From Opitutales bacterium (GTDB lineage Bacteria > Verrucomicrobiota > Verrucomicrobiia > Opitutales > UBA953), in NCBI GenBank assembly GCA_040398005.1, contig JBBAUX010000002.1, positions 32,001 to 96,000 of the forward strand: a stretch of 64,000 bases of DNA. Reading direction: 5' to 3'. Under the pieces are notes generated by a model. That model was not told the DNA's origin, did no database searches, and was given only the letters and a program-made list of their open reading frames with translations. Both the position numbers and the translations under genes were made by a program. This document shows, in pieces, positions 38,990-47,586 of this stretch. Position 1 is the first letter of the stretch. Each line of letters begins with the position of its first letter.

Positions 38990-40036
38990 TCAGAGTGACG
39001 AACCTTCTTGGCTGGGAGGCACTAGGCCAATTGCTCGCCAGCCTTTTGGGCTAAGAACGCGACCTTGGGGTGTGCGGGAGATGTAGCCTTCGAGCACTAA
39101 AAAGGGTTCATGAACTTCTTCGAGTGTATGGGCATCTTCGCCGATGGCGGCACCGATACTATTTAATCCAACTGGCCCACCGTTGTGTTTTTCGGCCATC
39201 GCTCGGAGGAATCGGTGATCCATTTCATCTAAACCATTCTGATCGATTTCAAGTAATTCTAAAGCCGCCGCCGTAATTTTAGCGTCCGCTTTACCTTCAG
39301 CACGCTCGAGTGCATAGTCGCGTGTGAAGCGTAATAAATTATTCACGATACGAGGAGTACCTCTAGCGCGACGGGAAACTTCTTCGGCGCCACCTTGGTC
39401 AAGGGTGAGATTTAATAACAGCGCGTTGCGTTGTACAATCGAGAGGAGTTGTTCCTGATTATAATAATCGAGGCGAGTCTGTAAGGTGAATCGACTGCGC
39501 AAGGGTGCAGTGAGTAATCCGGTCCGCGTGGTTGCACCGATCAGAGTAAATTTAGGTAATTCGAGACGAACGCTCCGTGCGTTGGGACCTTGATCGATCA
39601 TGATATCGATACGGAAATCTTCCATCGCTGAATATAAGAATTCTTCTACCGTTTTGGGAATGCGATGAATTTCATCGATGAATAAAATCTCGCCTTCTTG
39701 AAGGCTAGTGAGAAGACCAGCGAGGTCGGAAGCTTTTTCAATGACTGGTCCGGAAGTGATGCGAATAGTTTTATTCATCTCGCCCGCTAAAATCATGGCG
39801 AGGGTGGTTTTGCCGAGGCCGGGTGGGCCGTGAATGAGAATGTGATCGAGGGTGCGACTTTCACGTCGAGCCGCGCCGACCATGACTTTTAAGCGTTCCA
39901 CGGTGCGTGCTTGGCCGACAAAGCTATCGAATTTTTCGGGTCGTAAAGCTTGGTCTAAGTGACGATCGGGCGAAGCCGCTTCGCCTTTGCCCAAGGATTT
40001 CTTGGGGGAGTCGGAAGGATTTTTGCCAGCGGCCAT
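38990..40036 (-). CDS. ruvB: Holliday junction branch migration helicase RuvB
   Basis: LRPEKF, GPPGLGKT, FIDEIHR, RGTPRI, RTPQGR. Confidence 0.97.
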   Translation of the reverse strand: MAAGKNPSDSPKKSLGKGEAASPDRHLDQALRPEKFDSFVGQARTVERLKVMVGAARRESRTLDHILIHGPPGLGKTTLAMILAGEMNKTIRITSGPVIEKASDLAGLLTSLQEGEILFIDEIHRIPKTVEEFLYSAMEDFRIDIMIDQGPNARSVRLELPKFTLIGATTRTGLLTAPLRSRFTLQTRLDYYNQEQLLSIVQRNALLLNLTLDQGGAEEVSRRARGTPRIVNNLLRFTRDYALERAEGKADAKITAAALELLEIDQNGLDEMDHRFLRAMAEKHNGGPVGLNSIGAAIGEDAHTLEEVHEPFLVLEGYISRTPQGRVLSPKGWRAIGLVPPSQEGSSL

Positions 40037-40073
40037 AAGTTTAAATTAAGAAGAAAAATTATTTAAGCAATCA

Positions 40074-41366
40074 TCACTCCTCGGCAAAACCCTTGGGCAT
40101 GGCGGAGGAGGGCAGTCGCTCGATGTCGGCACCTAGGTTGCGAAGTCTTTCTTCGAATTGTTCGTATCCTCGGTCCAAGTGATAAAGTCTTTGGACCCAG
40201 GTTTCGCCCGTGGCGGCGAGTGCGGCGAGTATCAGTGCGGCGGAGGCACGTAAGTCGGAGGCCATCACGGGTGCACCGGAAAGTGGGCGATCGCCGTAGA
40301 CGGCAGCGGTGGATCCTTCGATGGCAATTTCTGCACCCATCCGTTGTAACTCTGCGGCGTGCATGAATCGTGACGGATAAATTTTTTCGGTAAAGGTGCT
40401 GCGTCCGGGTACTTTTAATTGCAGGGCCATGAATTGCGCTTGGAGGTCGGTGGGAAATCCAGGATAAGGTTCAGTAATAATTTCCACTGCTTGGGTTGGT
40501 TGTCCGAAAGCCCGAATCGTATCTTCACTCGTTTCGATGTGAACGCCGACCTCTTTAAGTTTTTCGAGAAACGCGGTGAGGTGTTGAGGGTTACAGTGCG
40601 TCACCGTTAAGTCTCCACCCGTAATCGCTGCAGCGACGAGATAAGTTCCCGTTTCAATGCGATCCGAAATAATCGTATGTTCGCAACCGTGTAATTTTTC
40701 GACTCCTTCAATAGTGATTAAGGGTGTACCGTGACCACTGATTTTCGCGCCCATTTTATTGAGTAAACTACAAAGGTCACTGATTTCGGGTTCGAGGGCC
40801 GCAGACTCAATTCTCGTAAGGCCGGGAGTGAGTGTCGCCGCCATAATTATATTGGCTGTGCCGGTGACGGTGCTACCCATCGGACCGCCCATAAAAACAT
40901 TTTCACCTCGAGCTTGCTGGGCGTTTACTTTGATCACGCCGTTTTCTACTTCGACGATACAGTTTAAAGTTTCTAAACCTTTTAAGTGTAAATCAATCGG
41001 ACGAATGCCGATGATACAGCCACCAGGAAGAGCCATCTCGGCTTGGCGGAGTCGTCCGACTAAGGCGCCGAGTAGACAGACCGAAGCTCTCATCTTTCGT
41101 ACTAAATCATAAGGAGTGCGATGGGTGATTTCTTCGGCCGTGATGGTCCAAGTACCTTTTTGTGGATTCTCTATTTTTGCTCCTTGGTGTTTTAAAATTT
41201 CAACCATGAAGCGCACGTCACTTAAATTCGGAACGTTGTGCAGCGTGACGGTTTCGTGGGTGAGGAGGGCGGCCGCTAAAATAGGGAGAGCGGAATTTTT
41301 TGAACCCGACGCACGCAGTGAACCTTTGATGGGATTGCCTCCACGAATGCGTGCGACTTCGAGCAT
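40074..41366 (-). CDS. murA: UDP-N-acetylglucosamine 1-carboxyvinyltransferase
   Basis: GSKNSALP, MRAS, PGGCIIGIRPID, FPTDLQ, DLRAS, LDRGY. Confidence 0.97.
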   Translation of the reverse strand: MLEVARIRGGNPIKGSLRASGSKNSALPILAAALLTHETVTLHNVPNLSDVRFMVEILKHQGAKIENPQKGTWTITAEEITHRTPYDLVRKMRASVCLLGALVGRLRQAEMALPGGCIIGIRPIDLHLKGLETLNCIVEVENGVIKVNAQQARGENVFMGGPMGSTVTGTANIIMAATLTPGLTRIESAALEPEISDLCSLLNKMGAKISGHGTPLITIEGVEKLHGCEHTIISDRIETGTYLVAAAITGGDLTVTHCNPQHLTAFLEKLKEVGVHIETSEDTIRAFGQPTQAVEIITEPYPGFPTDLQAQFMALQLKVPGRSTFTEKIYPSRFMHAAELQRMGAEIAIEGSTAAVYGDRPLSGAPVMASDLRASAALILAALAATGETWVQRLYHLDRGYEQFEERLRNLGADIERLPSSAMPKGFAEE

Positions 41367-41382
41367 GATTTAATTTTTATAT

Positions 41383-41411
41383 AAAAAAAGGGGGTGCAAA
41401 TTGCACCCCCT
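41383..41411 (-). terminator. Intrinsic terminator after the disordered protein gene
   Basis: AGGGGGTGCAA / TTGCACCCCCT stem with a U-tract on the minus strand. Confidence 0.85.
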
Positions 41412-41417
41412 AATTTT

Positions 41418-42197
41418 TTATCCTTGGCGAGGACCTTGTCGACGGAAGTTTGGTCGACTTCCACGACGCGGACCACCTTGGCCGCCATGAGGGCGAGGAC
41501 CGTCGCGATAATCACGAGGGCCGCGACTGCGCTGAGGGTTTCGGCTGGGTGATGCTGTTGCTGATGACTTTACGGAAATACCGAAAAGAGAAGCAATTTT
41601 ACGTTTCAAGTTAGCCCAAAAACCAATCGGTGATTGTTCAGGAATCACGACGGGATCGATGTGTAACTTTTGACGTTCAGGGCGTGGTTCACGACGAGCT
41701 TGTGGCGCAGCATAGGCGTTTTCTTGGCGCTCATGTTGTGGTTCACGTGGTTCACGTGGAGCACGATAGGGAGGACGCGAGTCACGTTCAAAACGTTGTT
41801 GCTCATGACGAGGCTGTTCTTGGCGAGGCTCGCGAGGAGCTTGGTAAGATGCAGGAGTGGCTTGAGTTGGACGAGGCTGTTTGGCCAATTCACCGGAAAG
41901 TGATTCGGTGACTTGAGCGGGATTTTCGATCACGCCGATTGAAGGACGTGAGTTTGCGGTTTTGCCACTGGGGGCGACGTTTGAAGGAGTACCACGACGA
42001 CCAAATTGCTTAGGTGTTGAGATAGTTCCGGGTTTGACGGCGGGTTCGGTGGAAGCACCGATTACTGACATAGGGGGGAGGGTCGCGTGAGCGACTTCCA
42101 ACTTAGATTCGGTAATGCGTGGTGCTGGGTTTGTTGCCACGGGGGCAACGGACGGTGAGGAAGTATTTTCCTGACCTTTATTTTCTTCTGGGTTCAT
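41418..42197 (-). CDS. Hypothetical intrinsically disordered protein, RNase E scaffold-like
   Basis: 259-aa ORF rich in P/S/T/R/Q/G with REPR repeats, amphipathic GFWANLKRKIASLFG and an RG-rich tail; followed by its own terminator. Confidence 0.75.
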   Translation of the reverse strand: MNPEENKGQENTSSPSVAPVATNPAPRITESKLEVAHATLPPMSVIGASTEPAVKPGTISTPKQFGRRGTPSNVAPSGKTANSRPSIGVIENPAQVTESLSGELAKQPRPTQATPASYQAPREPRQEQPRHEQQRFERDSRPPYRAPREPREPQHERQENAYAAPQARREPRPERQKLHIDPVVIPEQSPIGFWANLKRKIASLFGISVKSSATASPSRNPQRSRGPRDYRDGPRPHGGQGGPRRGSRPNFRRQGPRQG

Positions 42198-42245
42198 TTT
42201 CTCTTGGATGTGGCGACTTAGTTAGTAGGTCGCTGGGTGATGACC

Positions 42246-42417
42246 GTCTCTGCCGTTGTGGCTGATGGGTCGGTATTTTCGGTTTCCTGCTTTTGACTTA
42301 TGTTGAATAAGAGAGGTACCGAAGGTGCTAAGATTCTCATCTTAGAACCCCTGTGAATAAGTGTCTCCCCCTACTTTAACAATAAGAAAGTCCCCATTCC
42401 GCCAAAATGGTGAAAAT
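42246..42417 (-). ncRNA. Candidate structured RNA (6S RNA-like or long leader); strand uncertain
   Basis: Long-range pairing 42252-42269 with 42393-42411, central unpaired bubble, inner stem 42296-42301/42357-42362, hairpin 42328-42345. Confidence 0.45.
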
Positions 42418-42470
42418 TTGTTCATAATTCGCCCTTTTAGGCCTTTAATTGAGGTGGGCTAGCCCCGGGT

Positions 42471-43907
42471 CTAGCGTGCCTCGTCGGTAAAGCGCTGCTC
42501 TCGGATCAGGGTAATTTTGATGTTACCCTGGTAGGAGAGTTTTTCCTCGATGGCGGAACGGAGCCGGCGAAGTAATTCGCTCGCGGCAAAGTCGTCCACT
42601 TTCACGGGATCGACGATGACGCGAAGTTCGCGGCCCGATTGAAAGGCGTAGGCTTCTTTGACGCCTTCAAAGGTGAGCACTAACTCTTCAAGATTCTTTA
42701 CGCGTTGAGCGTAACTTTCTAAAGTCGATGAACGAGCGCCTGGGCGGGAGCCGGAAACGCTATCCGCAATCATCACGAGAGGTGCCAATAAACTTTCCGC
42801 TTCTACTTCGCGGTGGTGAGCGGCGACGGCGTTGACAACGCGTGGGTCTTCGCCGACGCGACGAAGGAGATTCGCTCCGGCAGCGGCATGAGTTAATCCA
42901 TTATCCGCATCAATCGCTTTTCCTAAATCATGTAATAATCCAGCCCGCTTCGCGAGTACGGGGTCGATGCCAATTTCTGCCGCGAGTACGGCGCAGACTT
43001 GGGCCACTTCGACGGAGTGAGCTAAAGTATTTTGATTGGAGGATAAACGGAAATGCAGTCGGCCTAATAATTCTTCGACCTTCACATCCATCGGAGGAAG
43101 GCCTAAATCTCGCACCGCTTCGTGTCCTAAATGTTGCGCGTGGCGTGTGACTTCATTTTCTGCCGTAAGTACAAATTCTTCAATTAAAGTAGGGGTGATG
43201 CGACCATCCTTAACCATTCTTTCTAGAGCGATACGAGCGACTTCGCGACGGACGGGATCGAAACAAGAAATTAAAACCATGCCTGGGGTTTCATCGACGA
43301 GCAGGGTGGCACCCGTGCTTTGTTCGAAGGTGCGAATGTTGCGACCCTCACGACCAATTAAACGCCCCTTCATATCTTCGCTGGGAATAGAAACAGAAAC
43401 CGCGGTCGCATCTTGCGTTGTCGTAGTCGTCAGTCTTTGCATCGCTGTGATTAAAATCCGACGTGCTTCTTCTTCGGTTTCTTGTTCGGGACGATCGAGA
43501 TTTTCTTCACGCAAGCGTCGTGCCTCACTCTCATATTTTTTTTGTAGTGACTCAAAAGCGAGCTGTTTAGCTTCATCGGACTTTAAGCCCGAGAGTCGTA
43601 ATATTTCTTTTTGTAAAAATTCACGCTCTTTTTCGTTCGCTGTCTTTAAGGCGGCGACGGCGTCGGCCTCAGATTGCGCGAGCACCAGGAGTCGCCCTGC
43701 TTCACGTTGCGAGGCTTCCACTTTAACTTGCAGTTCAGAGGTTTCCAGCGAGGCCTCCCGTTTTGCTAACTCGATTTCATTTTTTAAACGTTCCTCGTAC
43801 AGAGCTTTGATGGTCTGGGCTCTCCATTTCAAAAAAGCGTAAGCGACCATCATCCCTGCAAAAAAGATGACTACGGAAATTGTACTTTGATCGGTGGCAA
43901 AAGCCAT
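42471..43907 (-). CDS. rny: Ribonuclease Y
   Basis: N-terminal TM, coiled coil, KH domain (MKGRLIGREGRNIR), HD domain (LLHDLGK), SRPGAR. Confidence 0.95.
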   Translation of the reverse strand: MAFATDQSTISVVIFFAGMMVAYAFLKWRAQTIKALYEERLKNEIELAKREASLETSELQVKVEASQREAGRLLVLAQSEADAVAALKTANEKEREFLQKEILRLSGLKSDEAKQLAFESLQKKYESEARRLREENLDRPEQETEEEARRILITAMQRLTTTTTQDATAVSVSIPSEDMKGRLIGREGRNIRTFEQSTGATLLVDETPGMVLISCFDPVRREVARIALERMVKDGRITPTLIEEFVLTAENEVTRHAQHLGHEAVRDLGLPPMDVKVEELLGRLHFRLSSNQNTLAHSVEVAQVCAVLAAEIGIDPVLAKRAGLLHDLGKAIDADNGLTHAAAGANLLRRVGEDPRVVNAVAAHHREVEAESLLAPLVMIADSVSGSRPGARSSTLESYAQRVKNLEELVLTFEGVKEAYAFQSGRELRVIVDPVKVDDFAASELLRRLRSAIEEKLSYQGNIKITLIREQRFTDEAR

Positions 43908-44018
43908 ACAGTTGAAGTCGGTGTGGTCGGCTTTTAAAAGTTACCAGCTCCGCCCAGTCCGCAAGCCCTTTCGGGAGGTTCGCCTTGCACATTGTCTTTT
44001 AGATGTTTGATTTTAGAG

Positions 44019-45347
44019 ATGTCTCGCCTTTTTGAGAGTGAAGGAGCTCAGGTGTCTGCCTGGTGGGAGAAATTTGCCAATTTTTCTTGGCGGACGGATT
44101 GGACACAGGTGGTCATTATTTTAGCGTTAAGCACCTTAGGGGTCGTCGCGATTAAATCAGCAGGCTCTTACCGGCAGACCAATTTTGAAACGCCGCAGAT
44201 GATTTATGTGGGCATTGGTTGGTTGGCTTACTGGATGATCTCCTCGTTGGATTATCGTAAGCTACGTGTCCACGCGCGCCGCATTTATTTAATCGGGATT
44301 CTCCTGCTGGTACCGATATCTTTTTGTGCATTTTTTAAAATAAATATTGGTTCATTTATTCGGAGTATTAACGGCGCACGTCGCTGGATGGATTTCGGTC
44401 CTTTTTCCATTCAGCCTTCCGAATTTGCCAAAGTTTCCGCCCTCATTTTTATCGCGGCGGTCTTGGTCTTAAATCCGATTGGGTCGTGGCGTAAGTCGTG
44501 GCCCACGGTCGTCAAGGTTTTGGCCGCGGCCGGCCTACCGTTTGTCTTGATTTTTGTGCAGCCTGACTTAGGCTCTGCCCTCATCTACCTTCCACTGTCA
44601 TTTGCCTTGTTGTTTGTTGCCGGCCTGAGTTCCAGGTTTTTCATGGTGGCGGGATTGAGTGCCGTCTTATTGGGAGCCGTGGTTGCAGTAGATTTAGTTT
44701 CTTACGCTTCCAAAGTGACGGCGTACGCTAAAGCGCATGAAGATGATTTAAATCCCGCCAAAGCGATTCGCGGAAAACATGAAGATACGGCCTGGTTTTT
44801 TCTTTTGAAGGATTATCAACGCGAACGCTTACTTTCCTTTGTAGCACCTTCCATCATTGATCCGCGCGGACGCGGGGCGACGTGGAATGTGAAACAGGCT
44901 GTCATCGCGGTCGGGCGTGGCGGATTAGAAGGACAGGGCATCGGTAAAGGCACCCAAGCGAAGTATGGTTACCTTCCGGAAGCGGCGGCGCATAATGATT
45001 TTCTATTTTCGGGAATGGCTGAAGAAATTGGTTTTCGCGGGGGACTCTTTGTCGTGGTCGCTTTTGCTTGGTTGCTCTGGCGCATTGTGCGAACCGCCTT
45101 AATGGCCATCGACCGCTTTGGATCTTTGTTAGCAATTGGTGCCGCTGTGATTATCGGCACCCATGTCGTTATTAATATCGGCATGAATATCGATTTAATG
45201 CCCGTCACGGGCGTTCCACTACCTTTCCTCAGTTACGGGGGGTCCTTTATTCTCAGCTGCTTTTTGCTTCTCGGATTAGTCCAGAGCGTCCATCGACATT
45301 CGGTGGATGGCGGTGAGAATAGGGGGACTCCAGTAACTGGCATTTAA
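44019..45347 (+). CDS. rodA: SEDS family rod shape-determining protein RodA
   Basis: GARRW, QPSEFAK, QPDLGSA, HNDFLFS, PVTGVPLPFLSYGGS; start trimmed to the ATG at 44019. Confidence 0.85.
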   Translation: MSRLFESEGAQVSAWWEKFANFSWRTDWTQVVIILALSTLGVVAIKSAGSYRQTNFETPQMIYVGIGWLAYWMISSLDYRKLRVHARRIYLIGILLLVPISFCAFFKINIGSFIRSINGARRWMDFGPFSIQPSEFAKVSALIFIAAVLVLNPIGSWRKSWPTVVKVLAAAGLPFVLIFVQPDLGSALIYLPLSFALLFVAGLSSRFFMVAGLSAVLLGAVVAVDLVSYASKVTAYAKAHEDDLNPAKAIRGKHEDTAWFFLLKDYQRERLLSFVAPSIIDPRGRGATWNVKQAVIAVGRGGLEGQGIGKGTQAKYGYLPEAAAHNDFLFSGMAEEIGFRGGLFVVVAFAWLLWRIVRTALMAIDRFGSLLAIGAAVIIGTHVVINIGMNIDLMPVTGVPLPFLSYGGSFILSCFLLLGLVQSVHRHSVDGGENRGTPVTGI

Positions 45348-45362
45348 CGCCATACTACTGCG

Positions 45363-47087
45363 ATGACCGACCAAAATAATTCCGACGATAACCTAAACGA
45401 CCTCCCTGAAGAAAGCACACCGCCGACTTCCTCCGGGGTTGATCCTAAGCAACTCGCTGAAGAAGCCGCGCAACGTCGCAAAGAGTTACCGCTCTTGCAA
45501 CGCATCGTGAAGCACTTCTCCAAAGACCGTGCTAATTATCGCGAACTCGTCATTAATGCCGAGACGCTCGAAAAGCGCGTCGCCCTGCTCACGAATGGCG
45601 TGCTCGATAAATTTGAAATCGAACACAAAGGCGAAAACCGCATGGTCGGTTCAATCTTTAAAGGTCGCGTGCAAAATCTCGAAGCCGGATTAAAAGCCGC
45701 CTTCGTTGATATCGGTCAGTCTAAAAATGCCTTCCTGCATTACTGGGATATGTTGCCGGCCGCGAATGACTCGCAGGTTGAATTTATCCGCGACAATGAA
45801 TCGGCTGAACAAAAACAACGTAAAGCACGCTACCAAGCGAAAGACATTCCGACGCTGTTTCCTGCGGGGTCTGATATCGTCATCCAGGTCGTTAAAGACA
45901 CCATCGGAACTAAAGGTCCTCGTTCGACAACCAACATCGCACTCCCCGGAAGATTTGTAGTCTTAATGCCCTTTAGTGGTGCTTGCGGTGTTTCCCGAAA
46001 AATTGAAGAAGCTCCTGAGCGTGAACGTTTGAAGGATATTTTACGTTCACTCACGATTCCTGAAGGCATGGGTGTAATCATCCGCACGGCGGGTGAAGGT
46101 AAGCAGGCGCGTTGGTTTGTCCGCGATCTCCATATGTTACTGCGCCGCTGGCAATCGATTGTTGAGAAGATCAACAAGTCGGAACAAAAGGCGATCTTAC
46201 TCTACACTGAGCCAGGTTTAATTGAACGAACCGTTCGCGATTTCCTCACCGAAGAAGTGGATCGTATTCTGGTCGATAATCCTGAGGACTTTAAAATCGT
46301 CCAAGACTTGGTTGCGGAAATTTCTCCGCGTTCCAGTTCACGCGTCGAACTTTATAAAGAGCCGATTCCCGTTTTCGAACGCTACAATATCGAACGTCAG
46401 ATTGAACAACTTTTCCAACGTCGCGTTCCACTGCCTAGCGGTGGCGAAATTGTAATTGATGAAACCGAAGCGCTGACCGCGATTGACGTTAACACGGGCT
46501 CGCACCGCGGTACGACCAAAGATGGTAAAGACTATATTTTACAGGCTAATATCGAGGCCGTCACCGAGGGTGCCCGCCAAATCAAGCTCCGCAATTTAGG
46601 GGGCTTAATCATGATTGATACCATCGATATGAAAAACCCCAAGGATCGTAAAACCGTTTACGATATTTTGCGCGAGGCGATGGAAGACGATCGAGCCAAG
46701 CACCAGATTTTACCGATTTCCCAATTAGGCGTGTTGCAGATGACTCGTCAGCGTCACACCGAATCGAATACGACTTCGATGTACATGGATTGTCCGCATT
46801 GTCAGGGTCGCGGTATCGTTAAAAATCCTCGAACCGTCTCGGTGGAAATTCAACGTAAGCTTTTAAGTGTGATCCGTCGCTTGCGCGAACAAGTGGGTCC
46901 AGACAAAGAATTAGAAATTAATATTCTGCTTCACCCGATTAACTTGGATCGCATCGTGAAAGAAGACCGCGAATATTTCCGCGATTTAATGAAGTCATGT
47001 AAGGTTCGTCTGGGCACTAAGCCTGACGCTACTTACAGCATTGAAACGTTTAAATTATTCGACGGTGCGGGCAAAGAATTGCGCTAA
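45363..47087 (+). CDS. RNase E/G family endoribonuclease (catalytic domain only, N-terminal extension)
   Basis: S1 domain (AAFVDIG), IIRTAG, AIDVNTG, RNLGGLIMID, Zn-link CPHCQGRG; no C-terminal disordered region. Confidence 0.93.
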   Translation: MTDQNNSDDNLNDLPEESTPPTSSGVDPKQLAEEAAQRRKELPLLQRIVKHFSKDRANYRELVINAETLEKRVALLTNGVLDKFEIEHKGENRMVGSIFKGRVQNLEAGLKAAFVDIGQSKNAFLHYWDMLPAANDSQVEFIRDNESAEQKQRKARYQAKDIPTLFPAGSDIVIQVVKDTIGTKGPRSTTNIALPGRFVVLMPFSGACGVSRKIEEAPERERLKDILRSLTIPEGMGVIIRTAGEGKQARWFVRDLHMLLRRWQSIVEKINKSEQKAILLYTEPGLIERTVRDFLTEEVDRILVDNPEDFKIVQDLVAEISPRSSSRVELYKEPIPVFERYNIERQIEQLFQRRVPLPSGGEIVIDETEALTAIDVNTGSHRGTTKDGKDYILQANIEAVTEGARQIKLRNLGGLIMIDTIDMKNPKDRKTVYDILREAMEDDRAKHQILPISQLGVLQMTRQRHTESNTTSMYMDCPHCQGRGIVKNPRTVSVEIQRKLLSVIRRLREQVGPDKELEINILLHPINLDRIVKEDREYFRDLMKSCKVRLGTKPDATYSIETFKLFDGAGKELR

Positions 47088-47090
47088 GCG

Positions 47091-47585
47091 ATGTCGGCGA
47101 CAGCCCTAGAGATTCGTCCGGTCGATTGGTTGAAGTCGGACGAGTCTCAGGCGGTCGTTGAAGTTTTAAATTCCTACGCCGCACACACCGTCGGTGGCGG
47201 TGTGCCCTTGTCATTCGAGGTACGAGCCAATCTCAGTGCTGAACTCGCCAAACGTCCGCAGGCCCTGGTTCTGTTAGCGTGGTTAGGCGGCCAAGCGGTC
47301 GGTTTGGTCATCGCCTTTGAAGGATTCTCTACTTTTGCCTGTCGCCCCTTAATGAATATCCACGATCTGGCGGTGTTGCCCAAGTTTCAATGTCGAGGCG
47401 TGGGTAAAGCGTTAATGGCCGCGGTTGAGGCGGAGGCGCAGCGGCGTGGTTGTTGTAAACTCACGCTCGAAGTCTTGGAGCATAATCAACACGCCCGGAA
47501 ACTTTATGAGGCAGTCGGTTTTGCTTCGTATCAACTCGATCCTGCCACGGGCCGAGCGCTTTTCTTAGAAAAGAAATTAGCTTAG
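47091..47585 (+). CDS. GNAT family N-acetyltransferase
   Basis: NIHDLAV, QCRGVGKALM (acetyl-CoA motif), LTLEV, ARKLYEAVGF. Confidence 0.9.
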   Translation: MSATALEIRPVDWLKSDESQAVVEVLNSYAAHTVGGGVPLSFEVRANLSAELAKRPQALVLLAWLGGQAVGLVIAFEGFSTFACRPLMNIHDLAVLPKFQCRGVGKALMAAVEAEAQRRGCCKLTLEVLEHNQHARKLYEAVGFASYQLDPATGRALFLEKKLA

Positions 47586-47586
47586 T

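Noticed and set aside
41738..41759. Short tandem repeat GTGGTTCACGTGGTTCACGTGG
   Set aside because: Simply encodes PREPREP in the disordered protein; not CRISPR or a mobile repeat
43036..43842. 268-aa plus-strand ORF
   Set aside because: Antisense shadow of rny, Ser/Arg-rich, with no domain signature
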